Of a stretch of 64,000 bases of DNA, positions 1 through 9,489 are shown in pieces. The DNA lies in the NCBI GenBank assembly GCA_963794325.1, contig CAWCDG010000005.1, positions 1 to 64,000 on the forward strand, written 5' to 3'. Within the stretch, counting starts at the first letter, position 1. Every line of letters starts with the position of its first letter. A model generated the notes under the pieces. It was not told where the DNA came from. It did not search any database and worked only from the letters and a program-made list of their open reading frames with translations. This DNA comes from an uncultured delta proteobacterium (GTDB taxonomy: Bacteria; Desulfobacterota; Binatia; Binatales; Binataceae). The translations under genes and the position numbers were made by a program.

Positions 1-737
1 AGGCAGAGCTGGCCCAAGCGCTTGCGCGCACCGGAAGTCAGCGCCCAGTTCTCTCCTTTGAGATCGTGAACGAGGGCCGAATGCGGCCACGTGAGCAGCG
101 TCGGAATCACGATCCCGACGCCCTTGCCGCTCCGCGTCGGAGCGAAGACCAGGATGTGCGAAGGTCCGCAGTCGCGGAGATAGAAGAACCGACCCCAGCG
201 GCGCCATAAGCCAAGGTAAACGCCTGCCCGATGCGAGAAGGGTTTCAGAACTTTCGCGCGTTCGGCGATCCTGCGAAGCCGCCGCGGCAGCAACCGGCTT
301 TTGTCTATGAGTCCGGCCGCTCGAAGATCCCTGGTATTGGCCCAGCGTGCCGATCCATGCAGGTCGGATGGATTGCGAAACCATCTATGGCGGGCGACCG
401 CTATCGCGCCCATCGCGATTACGGTCAGGGCAATCATCGGGTAGACCGCCTCGCGCGCACACAGCTCCCAGAGCGGCGCGAGGGTCGGTTCGGAGTGCCA
501 GCGCCACCACCAGACCATCCAGTCCCACGGACGGTAGAGCGGTCCGACCAGCGGAAAATAACACCACGGCTGGCCGAGAGCGGGCGAGTAACCGAAGAGT
601 CGTGCGGCATGTTGAGTCGTCACCCAGTTGACCACCACGAACGCCGCTCCAAGCGAGAGCATGGCGACAATCTTGGTCTGCCTGAGACGCGTATCAGAGG
701 CGGTCCCTGACAGCCGATAGGGACGTTGTTCAGCCAT
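1..737 (-). CDS. traG: Type IV coupling protein TraG/VirD4, 5' part (runs off the window)
   Basis: Manual translation from ATG 737: GVYLGLW...HILVFAPTRSGKGVGIVIPTLLTWPHSALVHDLKGENWALTSG (VirD4 Walker A context); not in the ORF track. Confidence 0.92.
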   Translation of the reverse strand, partial: MAEQRPYRLSGTASDTRLRQTKIVAMLSLGAAFVVVNWVTTQHAARLFGYSPALGQPWCYFPLVGPLYRPWDWMVWWWRWHSEPTLAPLWELCAREAVYPMIALTVIAMGAIAVARHRWFRNPSDLHGSARWANTRDLRAAGLIDKSRLLPRRLRRIAERAKVLKPFSHRAGVYLGLWRRWGRFFYLRDCGPSHILVFAPTRSGKGVGIVIPTLLTWPHSALVHDLKGENWALTSGARKRLGQLC

Positions 738-1763
738 GGCGATCCCTCCGTTTGTCGAAGCCGCGATCGAGTCCATGATCGATGTCACGCCGCTGGCTGC
801 GCGCCCGGCTCTTGATGATGTCTTTCGAGATCTGGCGTTCACGAAGATTGCGCTCGTGGTCTTGCGAGAGCTTCCAGCTTGCCTCACCAACACGCTGGGC
901 GAGGCCCATGCCTTCGAGGAACTGCAATCGCGCCACGTCCTGCTCCGCCCTCACGCGGGCAGCATCGCTGCGCGGTTGGAACTGCTCGTAACTTACGAGA
1001 CCGGACTCGTTCGCCTTGCGTTGCAGCGATCGGTCAATTTCGGTCCATTGCTCTTTTCGGATCACGCGCTCGCGCGCATGCAGGACCTCGGGTTCGAGTC
1101 GCGGCCCAAGCTCCCTCGTTGCGATCTCCTGGCTTCGCCCGCGCATGCCGAGCTTCAGGTATTCGCGGTCGATCTGCAGAGGCCGTCCATCATCCCGAAC
1201 GCCTCGCACTAAGCAGATGGACATGGGCGTCGTCGGTGTTGTGATGATCGATTGCGACCCACTGAAGCTTCGTATCGAGATCGCGCTCCATCTGTTCGAC
1301 CAGGCCACGCACGTGTTCCCGAAGATCCAGCCTTGAGGCGTCCTCCGGTGAGACGATGAAGCGCCAGAGCAACTCGTCGTGTTTCTCCCAGTCGCGCACG
1401 AGCGGGACCATATCCAGCCCGTCATGCTCGGCATCAAAGCCCCTACCCTTTCCCTGTTCCTGCTGCGCTCCTTCGCGTGACAGGTAGCGGGCATGAGCGG
1501 CCCAACCGCCGGTATGGTCGTTGCGCTTGAACGACGCTTTGACCACGGAACGGCGGGAGTAGACGTGCGGGTCCAGCGCGACCCGGCGCCACGTCTGTCC
1601 GCCGCTGAGACTGCCCCACGATTGGCGTCGAATTCCCCACCTTACCCGCACTCGCCGCAACGCAACCGCCCACCACGGAATCAGCGGGCGCGGACGCTCC
1701 GTCGGCGCCGAGACGGAGCTTGATATCGACCTCCTTCTGGCCGAAGAACCTACGCCGGCTCAT
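730..1763 (-). pseudogene. MOBP/VirD2-like relaxase split by about 2 frameshifts (real or assembly error)
   Basis: Motif I HARYLSREG, motif II WRFIVSPED and motif III DHHNTDDAHVHL in one frame; continuation LVRGVRDDG...RELG in another; shifts near 1562 and 1212. Confidence 0.85.
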
Positions 1764-2142
1764 GCGTCGACTCCGTGAGCAATGCGCTCAAGCTGGCAAT
1801 GAGTTGCGCCGAATTCTCTGGCGCGTGTTCGCCCAGTGCCTCGATGATTTCTCTGACCTGCGCACTGCTGAGTGTGACCGAATGAAGTTCCTTTGCGCGG
1901 CTCCACGACTTCCACGCGCGCTTGCTGGTGGCCCGCTCCTCGAGCCGCTCTCGTCCGGCCGCTGCGACCCGTGCGCGCTGCGCCGCATCGAGGGTTGCGC
2001 TCTCGTGCGAGACGCTGAGTAACGCTCCGAGCAGGAAGTCTGGGGGCTCGCGGTCAAGGCCGGCTATTGCTACCAATCCGCCAAGATTGGCGAGGTGATG
2101 GACTCTGAGTCCTTGCTCGTGGCTATGTCCGTTCGTCGCCAT
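1750..2142 (-). CDS. Conjugal transfer protein TraD-like
   Basis: LGGLVAIAGLD...LLGALL motif typical of small TraD proteins; lies between traF and the relaxase. Confidence 0.6.
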   Translation of the reverse strand: MATNGHSHEQGLRVHHLANLGGLVAIAGLDREPPDFLLGALLSVSHESATLDAAQRARVAAAGRERLEERATSKRAWKSWSRAKELHSVTLSSAQVREIIEALGEHAPENSAQLIASLSALLTESTHEPA

Positions 2143-2145
2143 GAT

Positions 2146-2652
2146 TCACCAAGTGAGAACCGGCTTGAGCGCGGCTCGAACTTCTGAAAGCGGAACCGGT
2201 CCGAAGTAGCGCGCGTCCCAGCTCCGCACGTTATGGAAACCGAACAGCCAGACCTCGCCCGGCGCGACCTGGCGCCTGCCCCAAGGTACATGTGGCAATG
2301 GTCGGCCTATGCTGTCGTGTGCTGCGACGGCGCTGTCTGCGAACACCTGTCCGTCGACAGAAACCCATCCGGGCTGCACTTCCAAAACGTCACCGGGAAG
2401 GGCTCCAACAATCTTCGCGACCGGCTCGGCTCCGCTCGGGCAATCGCCTTGTTGAAGGTAACCGCGAACGAGTCCTTCCTGTGCGATCGATGCCGGCAAG
2501 CAGGCACCAACGAGCTCGCCGTGTTTGACGGATACTCCGCGTACGATCCGGTAAATCCCTGCTGGTGCGGCGCTGTCGGTGAGTGAAATGCGCAGGCCAA
2601 GGACCCTGCCCAGCACGACCAAGAAGGCCACTGCGATCACTGGTCCGAGCAT
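2146..2652 (-). CDS. traF: Conjugative transfer signal peptidase TraF (S26)
   Basis: TDSAAPAGIY, KIVGALPGD, SWDARYFGPV motifs; start uncertain. Confidence 0.88.
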   Translation of the reverse strand: MLGPVIAVAFLVVLGRVLGLRISLTDSAAPAGIYRIVRGVSVKHGELVGACLPASIAQEGLVRGYLQQGDCPSGAEPVAKIVGALPGDVLEVQPGWVSVDGQVFADSAVAAHDSIGRPLPHVPWGRRQVAPGEVWLFGFHNVRSWDARYFGPVPLSEVRAALKPVLTW

Positions 2653-2804
2653 CGCCAAGACGGGTCTGCGCGCGTGCCGAAAATACTCGAAATGCAGCCT
2701 TGGAACGACCCGCTCCGAGGCGATTTTCGCCGTACTGTACAGTTGGCCGACCAGGATGCTCTCAAGTGGGGGAAAGGCCGTGAGAAGTTTGGAGAAAACG
2801 GAGG

Positions 2805-2840
2805 ATCTGCGGCACTGCACCGCAGATGCTTTATCTTGCT
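2805..2840. other. Candidate oriT: 8-bp inverted repeat followed by a MOBP-like nic sequence
   Basis: ATCTGCGG-cactgca-CCGCAGAT then gctt-TATCTTGC, resembling the RP4/VirD2 TATCCTG^C nick site. Confidence 0.6.
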
Positions 2841-2993
2841 CTACGAACGAACGCCCTTTACCCCACTCCTTCACCACTCCGAACACACCACTCAGAGCCC
2901 TCCGTCCGCCCGCACGAAATCTCTGCAGTTCGATCATAGGTCGCACTCCATCCCGAACTCCGACGCGCATCGCTTTACACTCCGCCCTGACCA

Positions 2994-3275
2994 TCAGCAG
3001 CGCCGCCGGGAAGCTATCCGATCTGAATGTGCCAGTCCGTTCGCTTTTGCAGGCTTTCGAGAACGGTCTCTCCCCGCGGTCTTCCCGTCCAAGCCATCCA
3101 TCTCGTCGCGCATCTGTCGCGTCAGGCGAATGATCGATTCGCAGATTGTCGCGTTCAGATCGAAACCCGCCTCACTGGTGCGCTCGCGCAGCCGATCGAT
3201 CTCCGCCTTCACCGAAGCCGGGACGCGCAACGTGATCGTCTCGGTCGGTTCTTCCTTGCGTTTCAGCACTCCCAT
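2994..3275 (-). CDS. Small ribbon-helix-helix-like DNA-binding protein
   Basis: TETITLRVPASVKAEIDRL strand-helix pattern; AAGGAG RBS before ATG 3275; adjacent to the candidate oriT. Confidence 0.6.
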   Translation of the reverse strand: MGVLKRKEEPTETITLRVPASVKAEIDRLRERTSEAGFDLNATICESIIRLTRQMRDEMDGLDGKTAGRDRSRKPAKANGLAHSDRIASRRRC

Positions 3276-3297
3276 CGCCCGTTCTCCTTGAATCGGT

Positions 3298-3354
3298 TTT
3301 GTGTACGTTTCGTGCACAATCGCGCATACGCTCCGTGTACGATTTGTGTACGTT
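3298..3354. promoter_or_regulatory. Repeated GTGTACG sites upstream of the RHH gene
   Basis: TTTGTGTACGTT at 3298-3309 and 3343-3354, CCGTGTACGA at 3333-3342. Confidence 0.45.
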
Positions 3355-4520
3355 CAGCCTTTGTAGGCCGCCGGAAACACGAGATCCTCTGTGACCATCA
3401 CGTTGAACTGGTAGCCGGGCCGGATCTCGATCGTCGGTGGGCGATTCATCCCCTGGCCGATCATCTGCTGACCCACAGAGCCGAACTGTCCCGAGGCAGC
3501 TGAACCGGCCGTCTGACTCGCCATCGCCCACTGGTTCGGCTGTGAGTACCCGTAGGGACCGTAAGTGCCACCGCCTCCGAACGTCGCCATCTGTCCGACC
3601 ATCTGGCCGGCGCTGATAAGACTCATGACCGCCGCGGTGCCAAACGTTCTCAAGTAGTGGTTGTTCACTTCGTCGGTGAAACCCGAGTAGCCGCCCTGGT
3701 CCGCTCCCGGCATCTGCGGGAGATCCATGCTCGAGGTGTTCGGGAAGATGAGCCGCTGCCATGCGATCTCGACGCGTTGCTGACCATAAGTGGAAGCGTT
3801 CTGGTATATGCCGATGAGCCTGCTGCCTTGCGGGACCAGCAGATATTTTCCGGTGGCGCTGTCGAAGACGTTCTGACTGACCTGGGCGAGGATCGGCCCC
3901 GGCAAGTCCGAGTTGATCCCGCTCACGAGTACGGCGGGAATCACGCTTCCCGCCATCACCGAGAACGCCGATGCGGGCGGGTGAAGCGTCACGGCCTGAT
4001 CAGTGGAATTGCCAACGTTGAAGTTCGTGCCTTGCTGGCCATTTGTGCGGGCGATTTCCAGCGTCCCGCCATCGTGGAACGCAGAGACCATCTGCGGCGA
4101 TTCAAGCGCCTTCATGTACTTCTCTTCCGCCCACTGCGCGTAACGGCTGGGCGGTCGCGGCGGTGTCTTTTGGATCGGCGCTTGTACGGTCGCGACAACC
4201 ACTGGAGGCGGTACGAAAGTTGGTGCTGCGAGCCGTTTGCCGCCGTTCGCGGCGAGGTCCGCGATCTCTCCGTTGTCGCGTGCCGACGCGCCGGGGTCTT
4301 CACCCGCTTTCTGCACACCCGCGCTCTGCCCGATACCGGACGACTCCACGCCCAGCGCCACCACCACGCCGCTCACAATCGCGACGACGGCGAAGGTAAT
4401 CAGTATGAGCCTGTTGAATCGGCCGCCTCCGGAGTGCTCCTGCTCCAGCAAGCCTTCCGGTTCGTCCCGAAGATCGCCCTGGCCGTCGAGTCTGATATCC
4501 TCAGTCGCCATGGTTCTCAC
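3354..4520 (-). CDS. trbI: Conjugal transfer protein TrbI/VirB10
   Basis: AGSVIPAVLVSGINSDLPGPILAQVSQNVFDS, PPTIEIRPGYQFNVMV. Confidence 0.95.
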   Translation of the reverse strand: MRTMATEDIRLDGQGDLRDEPEGLLEQEHSGGGRFNRLILITFAVVAIVSGVVVALGVESSGIGQSAGVQKAGEDPGASARDNGEIADLAANGGKRLAAPTFVPPPVVVATVQAPIQKTPPRPPSRYAQWAEEKYMKALESPQMVSAFHDGGTLEIARTNGQQGTNFNVGNSTDQAVTLHPPASAFSVMAGSVIPAVLVSGINSDLPGPILAQVSQNVFDSATGKYLLVPQGSRLIGIYQNASTYGQQRVEIAWQRLIFPNTSSMDLPQMPGADQGGYSGFTDEVNNHYLRTFGTAAVMSLISAGQMVGQMATFGGGGTYGPYGYSQPNQWAMASQTAGSAASGQFGSVGQQMIGQGMNRPPTIEIRPGYQFNVMVTEDLVFPAAYKG

Positions 4521-5472
4521 CTCGTCGCTCCCGCGTAACTGATCGTCACTCGGTCCTGATCGCGTCCGACTCCTGATACGAGGATTGCGTCGGTGACCAA
4601 GCGGTCGACGACGTAGTAGTTTCCCTTGACCCGGTAGTTCACCATCTGGGTTCCGCTGCCTGCGTTCACAAGCAGCGCGGGCGCTTCACTCGACTTCATT
4701 CCCGGTGGCATCTGGATGTACACGTGCGAACCGTCATCGAAGGCGCGAATCGGTTTCCACGGAACGTTCGCTCCGCCCACCGTGTATGCGAAGTTGAGTT
4801 GTGCCGGATCGACGTTGGCAACCTTCACGACGTTGCCGGAGTCATCGCCCGGCGGATCGGCTGCCGCATCCTGTTGTGCCTTGGCGGCGGAGTCGGCATT
4901 TTTCATCGCCGTGATCAGCTCGTCGGGATAGTAGAACTCGACCTCCTGCATGGCGTGGCTTCCGCGCGAGCGGAGCAGCAAGTGGTAGATGTGCTTCGTC
5001 GTGTAGATCGTAAGGTTGGTCTGGATGCCCGGAGCTTGCGGCTTAACTGCGAGATGCGGCACAGGGTCTCGCGGGTCTCCCGAGGAAGCGGGCGTTGCCA
5101 TCCAGCGCTCGCTGTCACCAATCGCAACGTCGGTGATCGTCTCTCCTGGCTGCAGCTGAATGTCTGAAGTTCGTAGCGGCTCGCAATCGACGTGCCGGCG
5201 GGGGGCCTTGGTTATACGGATAGAGCGTGTAAGCGGGTGTTTTGTAGATCGGCCAATCGCCGCTCTTGTCGTGCTCTTTGATCGCCTGCTGAACCTCGGG
5301 CGGCTGTGCTGCAAGGATCTGCTCCGCGAGTTGGCGGAGCTGGCGGCGCTTCCGCTTTGGGTTCGGCTTCGGTGACCAGGTTGAGCGGCGGCGGTGCTGG
5401 TGGCTGTTTCGCCGCGCATGCTCCCAACGTCAGCGCCAAGGTGACTGTTCCTGCGATGGCGATCCGTCTCAT
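4517..5472 (-). pseudogene. trbG: TrbG/VirB9, frameshifted in the 5' third
   Basis: Lipobox LGAC in one frame; DIQLQPGE...GDSERW, WKPIRAFDDG, MVNYRV in another; breaks near 5190-5330. Confidence 0.85.
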
Positions 5473-5499
5473 CGCTCTGCCTCCTATCCTGTTGCCGGC

Positions 5500-6168
5500 C
5501 TAACCTTGCTGTTCGGTCCAGCTGATCTGCGTCACGCAAAACCCGAGAGGGTTGCTGACGATCGCGTCATCGGAACTCGGCGGAACAATTTCGGTTTCAA
5601 GCGCCGCCTCCCAATGGGACGGTGACCCGACAGCGACGCCGTTCAGGTCACGCTGCTGCTCGGTCCATCGCACCTGATAGCTGCGCGGCGAGAGCTGAAG
5701 GATCGAATCGATCTGAACCGAGACGGTCTGCTTCTCGGCGATCTTGAACGGGTTATGGGAGAAATTGTCGGAGTGGTAGTACTCGTCGAGAAACCGGTCC
5801 GCGGCGCCGCGCGTATGCGCGAGCAGCGCGTTGAGCGTCTGATGCTCTACCTGCGCATCGCTGGTGACCGAGCGTGCGTCGCGAATGAAGGCCGCTACCT
5901 CGTAGCGTTCCATTCGCGCGGTCACGTCCGGCAGGGCCACCGGCGTGAGGGGTTGCGGGACCGTCAGCGCGTATCCCAGCTTGTCGACTTCGACGACATA
6001 CGGGATGTAGCGGCTCCGTTCGCTCAGCCAGACCATTCCGCTGGCGAGAATCAGACCAAGGACCAGAAGTCCGCCTGCGGCAATCTGCCAGTTACGTTTA
6101 CCGAGAACGAGGTCGGCGTATCGCTCATCCCATTCTCGACGCGCTTCGAGATAGACGTTGCTCTCCAT
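5500..6168 (-). CDS. trbF: Conjugal transfer protein TrbF/VirB8
   Basis: YLEARREWDERY, PYVVEVDKLG, SYQVRWTE, NPLGF. Confidence 0.93.
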   Translation of the reverse strand: MESNVYLEARREWDERYADLVLGKRNWQIAAGGLLVLGLILASGMVWLSERSRYIPYVVEVDKLGYALTVPQPLTPVALPDVTARMERYEVAAFIRDARSVTSDAQVEHQTLNALLAHTRGAADRFLDEYYHSDNFSHNPFKIAEKQTVSVQIDSILQLSPRSYQVRWTEQQRDLNGVAVGSPSHWEAALETEIVPPSSDDAIVSNPLGFCVTQISWTEQQG

Positions 6169-6456
6169 ACCGAACGCCTCACCGCAGAAATTCCGAACTC
6201 ACACATCAAAGTGCGGCTCGCTGGATTCGTAGGTTGAGCAACTTCCTTGCCATTAGCGGACCGCGAGCGAGGAGCGAGAAATGGAATCCACAAAAAGTAG
6301 TGCAGTGTTCGAACTGTTTAGCGGAGCGAAAAAGTAGAGACCCTGACTCGTGCGGCTAGTCGAACACCCGCCGACGGAGTGTTTGTCAGCGTTAGATCGA
6401 GGCGGATAATATGCTCACAGATTGAGGAGCATCTTCGCGGGACTCAGCGGGCGATT

Positions 6457-6480
6457 TTAGTGCCCACTTAGTGCCCACTT
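6457..6480. repeat. Tandem 11-bp repeat (TTAGTGCCCAC x2), probable integrase arm-type site
   Basis: Perfect tandem repeat about 100 bp inside the att core. Confidence 0.6.
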
Positions 6481-6581
6481 TCGGATTTATCAGCACATGG
6501 TCTGAGATGATGTCGATTGGCCTGAAACTGCTTATATTTCCTGCATTATATGACATGAGCCGATCTCGGAAAACACCCCTT

Positions 6582-6638
6582 GCAGGACTTAGGATCCAGT
6601 GCCGCAAGGCGTGGGGGTTCAAATCCCCCCTCTCGCAC
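6582..6638 (+). other. 3' fragment of tRNA-Leu(TAG), the att site of the ICE
   Basis: Anticodon loop CTTAGGA, long variable arm GCCGCAAGGC, T-arm GGGGGTTCAAATCCCCC, acceptor 3' strand; no D-arm or 5' acceptor strand upstream. Confidence 0.85.
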
Positions 6639-6655
6639 TCGAACTGGCTGTCACG

Positions 6656-6690
6656 CGGGGCGCTCGCGGAAATTGCGAGCGCCCCGGTTT
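6656..6690. terminator. Hairpin terminator, likely bidirectional
   Basis: 12-bp stem CGGGGCGCTCGC/GCGAGCGCCCCG between the tRNA fragment and the convergent ompA-like gene. Confidence 0.7.
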
Positions 6691-6701
6691 GTGTATGCGG
6701 G

Positions 6702-7394
6702 TTATTGTTCGGGGACCAGTTCGACGCGGCGGTTCTGGGCGCGTCCTTCGGCGGTGTCGTTGGTCGCCACGAAGTTGGTCTTGCCGTAACCGTGCGAATG
6801 TAGCCGGCTCTCGTTGACCCCGGCGTTGGCAAGATAGTTCACGACGGCATCGGCGCGACGGTCGGACAACTTCAGGTTGTACTCTTCACCGCCGATCGCG
6901 TCGCAGTATCCATTCACGTCGATATCGACGTCCGGGTTGGCCTTGAGCGTTGTGACGGCCTCGTCCAGCACGGCCGCATCGCCGGGGCGGATGTTCGCCT
7001 TGTTGAAATCAAAATGCACGCCGCGCAGCACCAGCTTCTCCTTCACTGGCATAGGAGGCGGTGGTGGCGGAGGCGGCGGGGGTGGAGGCGGCGGTGGCGG
7101 AGGCGGCGGCTGAACGATCGGATCGCAATAGTAATGACCCGCGACGCCGCCGATTACCGCGCCGATTCCAGCTCCAGCTACAGCACCCGCGATTTGCCGC
7201 GAGCGCGAGCCGTCGTTACCGCCGCTGGCCTCGCCGATGCCAAAACCGGCGCCGGCGCCAATCAGCGCGCCTGCGGTGGCGCCGTAAACCGTGCACCATC
7301 CCAACTCGCGTTGCTGCGCGCATCCGCTCAGAAACAGCGCGATGGCGGCAACCGCCGGCAACAGCAATGACGATATACGCGATCGAATGTTCAT
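6702..7394 (-). CDS. OmpA-family lipoprotein with glycine zipper and poly-Pro linker
   Basis: Lipobox LSGC, Gly zipper, 19 consecutive Pro, FDFNKA...YNLKLSDRRA...NRRVE. Confidence 0.92.
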   Translation of the reverse strand: MNIRSRISSLLLPAVAAIALFLSGCAQQRELGWCTVYGATAGALIGAGAGFGIGEASGGNDGSRSRQIAGAVAGAGIGAVIGGVAGHYYCDPIVQPPPPPPPPPPPPPPPPPPPMPVKEKLVLRGVHFDFNKANIRPGDAAVLDEAVTTLKANPDVDIDVNGYCDAIGGEEYNLKLSDRRADAVVNYLANAGVNESRLHSHGYGKTNFVATNDTAEGRAQNRRVELVPEQ

Positions 7395-7591
7395 GTCCCC
7401 TCCCAAGAGCGATCTATGACGCGCCGAGCCGGTCCTCGATGTCCGCCTAACGCAGACACCCACGGCTCAACGAACGGCGTCACCCTAGTTGAGGTTCATG
7501 TCGGAACAATTAGTCGGGGGTTAATAGAATGTGACGTGAAGAACCGATTCACGCGCGGCCGTGCGAGTTGTCAACAGGGCGCGCGGCTAAG

Positions 7592-9409
7592 CTAGATGGT
7601 AAGACTCTGCGCTTCCCAGAGCGCGCGGAAGCGGCCGTCGCGGATAGCGCTCAACGACGACCAATCACCCGACTCGACCACCGTGCCGCCTTCGACGACG
7701 TAGATCAGGTCTGCCCATCTGATCGTCGATAGGCGATGCGCGATCAGCACGACGGTGAGCTCGCCGCGGCGGCTTTCGATCGCGTCGAGCACGCGGCCTT
7801 CGTTTTCAGAGTCGAGGCTGTTGGTCGCCTCGTCGAGAATCAGCATCGAGGGACGGCGCAGGAATGCGCGCGCGAGTGCCAGGCGTTGACGCTCGCCCTG
7901 CGAGACCATCATGCCGCGGTCGCCGACCACGGTATCGAGTCCGTCTTTCAGGCCCGCGACGAAATCGAGCACCGACGCCTGCCGCAGTGCCGCGAGCATT
8001 TCGTCTTCGCTCGCGTCGGGCCGCGCCCATTTGAGGTTCGCGCGAATCGTGTCGTGAAAGAGAAACGTGTCGGGCGCGACGTAACCTATTTGATCGCGCC
8101 ATCCGCGCACACCCTCGGGACCCAGTGGACGGCCGTCGAGTCTGAGCGTCCCCGAGTCGGGCATCACCAGGCCCATCAAAATGTCGGCGATGGTGCTTTT
8201 GCCGGCGCCCGACGGCCCGACCAGCGCGACAACTTTGCCGGCCGGAATCACCAGGCTCAACTCCCTGACCGCGGGCACGCGTCCTTCGCTGTAGGTGAAC
8301 GAAATGTTTTCAGCGGCGAGTTCGCGGGTGAGCGACATCCGGTCGTGTTGGTGAGGAGTGGGCTCGGCCGCCGCTTTGCACCGAGCTTCGATACCGATCA
8401 GGTTGGCGAACGATGGAAGCGAGTTGACGAAGGTGCGGTAGTGTTGCTGGGCGCCCATGCTTCGCGGCATCACGCGCGCGAACAGCAGCAACAGGATAAG
8501 AATTGACGCGGGTGGCACCGCCAGCACTCGAATCGAGACGAACACCACCAGCGCGAGAATCAGGACCGATCCGAGCTCGTACAATGCCGCCGCGGTTGCC
8601 TGCTGACGAGAACCGTCCATGTTGGCCCGCACAACCTCGGTGCTGAGGTTGGAGAAGATCGAAAAATTGCGTTCCTCGGCGCCGTAGGTCTTGGCCGCCT
8701 TCAAACTTTGGAGATGCTCGATGATGGCGGCGTACAGCGATTTGTTGGTGTTCGAGACCTCCTCGCCCTGCTCCTCGATCGCATGCGTGCGTCCGCGAAA
8801 GACGAACGTCAGCACTGCACCGGAGAGCAGCACCAATGCCGTCATCCCCGCCGACACCGCGAACGCGAGCACCATGTAGAGGGCTATCGTTACGACTTCG
8901 CCGGCAAGTACGAGAACGAGATTCGTGCCGCTGCCGATGCGGTATATTTCGTGAGTCAGCGCGTGGGTGAAGTCGGTCGCGCGACTGCGGCATACGAATA
9001 GCCAGTTCGCATCGGCGATCGAGTGGTAAACGCGGCTGCGCAGGTGATGCTCGACTTCCTGCTGAACCGCATACACCCCCACGTTCTGAATCTGACCGAG
9101 CACCGTGCGCGCGCCGACCAGCATCACGAATATGCCGAGCATGAGAATCAGCGTCGGACGCAGTCCGATCGCCATCAAACCATTCGAGAGCATCGCCGCG
9201 TAGCGGCCGGCCTCACCCTGCCCCACCATATTGAAACCGGCCACCTGGAGCGTGGGGAGCAGCAGCGCGATGCCGATGCCCTCGCTCAGCGAGAACATGA
9301 CCATCACGACCAGCACGCCGATCAGATGCCAGCCCGACACGTCCACCAGCATCGTGATATACGTGCGCAGCGTGCTCTTCGGCTGATGGTCTGCGTGATT
9401 ATCAGTCAT
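7592..9409 (-). CDS. ABC exporter, fused permease/ATPase
   Basis: N-terminal TM domain; GPSGAGKST, SQGERQR, ILDEAT, IAHR. Confidence 0.93.
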   Translation of the reverse strand: MTDNHADHQPKSTLRTYITMLVDVSGWHLIGVLVVMVMFSLSEGIGIALLLPTLQVAGFNMVGQGEAGRYAAMLSNGLMAIGLRPTLILMLGIFVMLVGARTVLGQIQNVGVYAVQQEVEHHLRSRVYHSIADANWLFVCRSRATDFTHALTHEIYRIGSGTNLVLVLAGEVVTIALYMVLAFAVSAGMTALVLLSGAVLTFVFRGRTHAIEEQGEEVSNTNKSLYAAIIEHLQSLKAAKTYGAEERNFSIFSNLSTEVVRANMDGSRQQATAAALYELGSVLILALVVFVSIRVLAVPPASILILLLLFARVMPRSMGAQQHYRTFVNSLPSFANLIGIEARCKAAAEPTPHQHDRMSLTRELAAENISFTYSEGRVPAVRELSLVIPAGKVVALVGPSGAGKSTIADILMGLVMPDSGTLRLDGRPLGPEGVRGWRDQIGYVAPDTFLFHDTIRANLKWARPDASEDEMLAALRQASVLDFVAGLKDGLDTVVGDRGMMVSQGERQRLALARAFLRRPSMLILDEATNSLDSENEGRVLDAIESRRGELTVVLIAHRLSTIRWADLIYVVEGGTVVESGDWSSLSAIRDGRFRALWEAQSLTI

Positions 9410-9489
9410 TGGGTTCGGACCCGCCGGACGGCACGAATACGGATCGAGTTCGAAATTTCCGAATTACGACGACGATACTCGCGAACACT

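Larger units (their letters stand above)
1..6638. mobile_element. Right end of an integrative conjugative element (Trb-type T4SS genes, MOBP relaxase, VirD4) inserted at tRNA-Leu
   Basis: Co-oriented conjugation genes end just before a 3' tRNA-Leu fragment and a tandem arm-type repeat; the integrase is not in the window. Confidence 0.85.

Noticed and set aside
2653-2994. N-terminal extension of TraF as given in the ORF track
   Set aside because: Not S26-like and overlaps the candidate oriT; likely non-coding
6560-6640. Intact tRNA-Leu gene
   Set aside because: No 5' acceptor strand or D-arm, a mismatch in the anticodon stem and no CCA; interpreted as an att fragment
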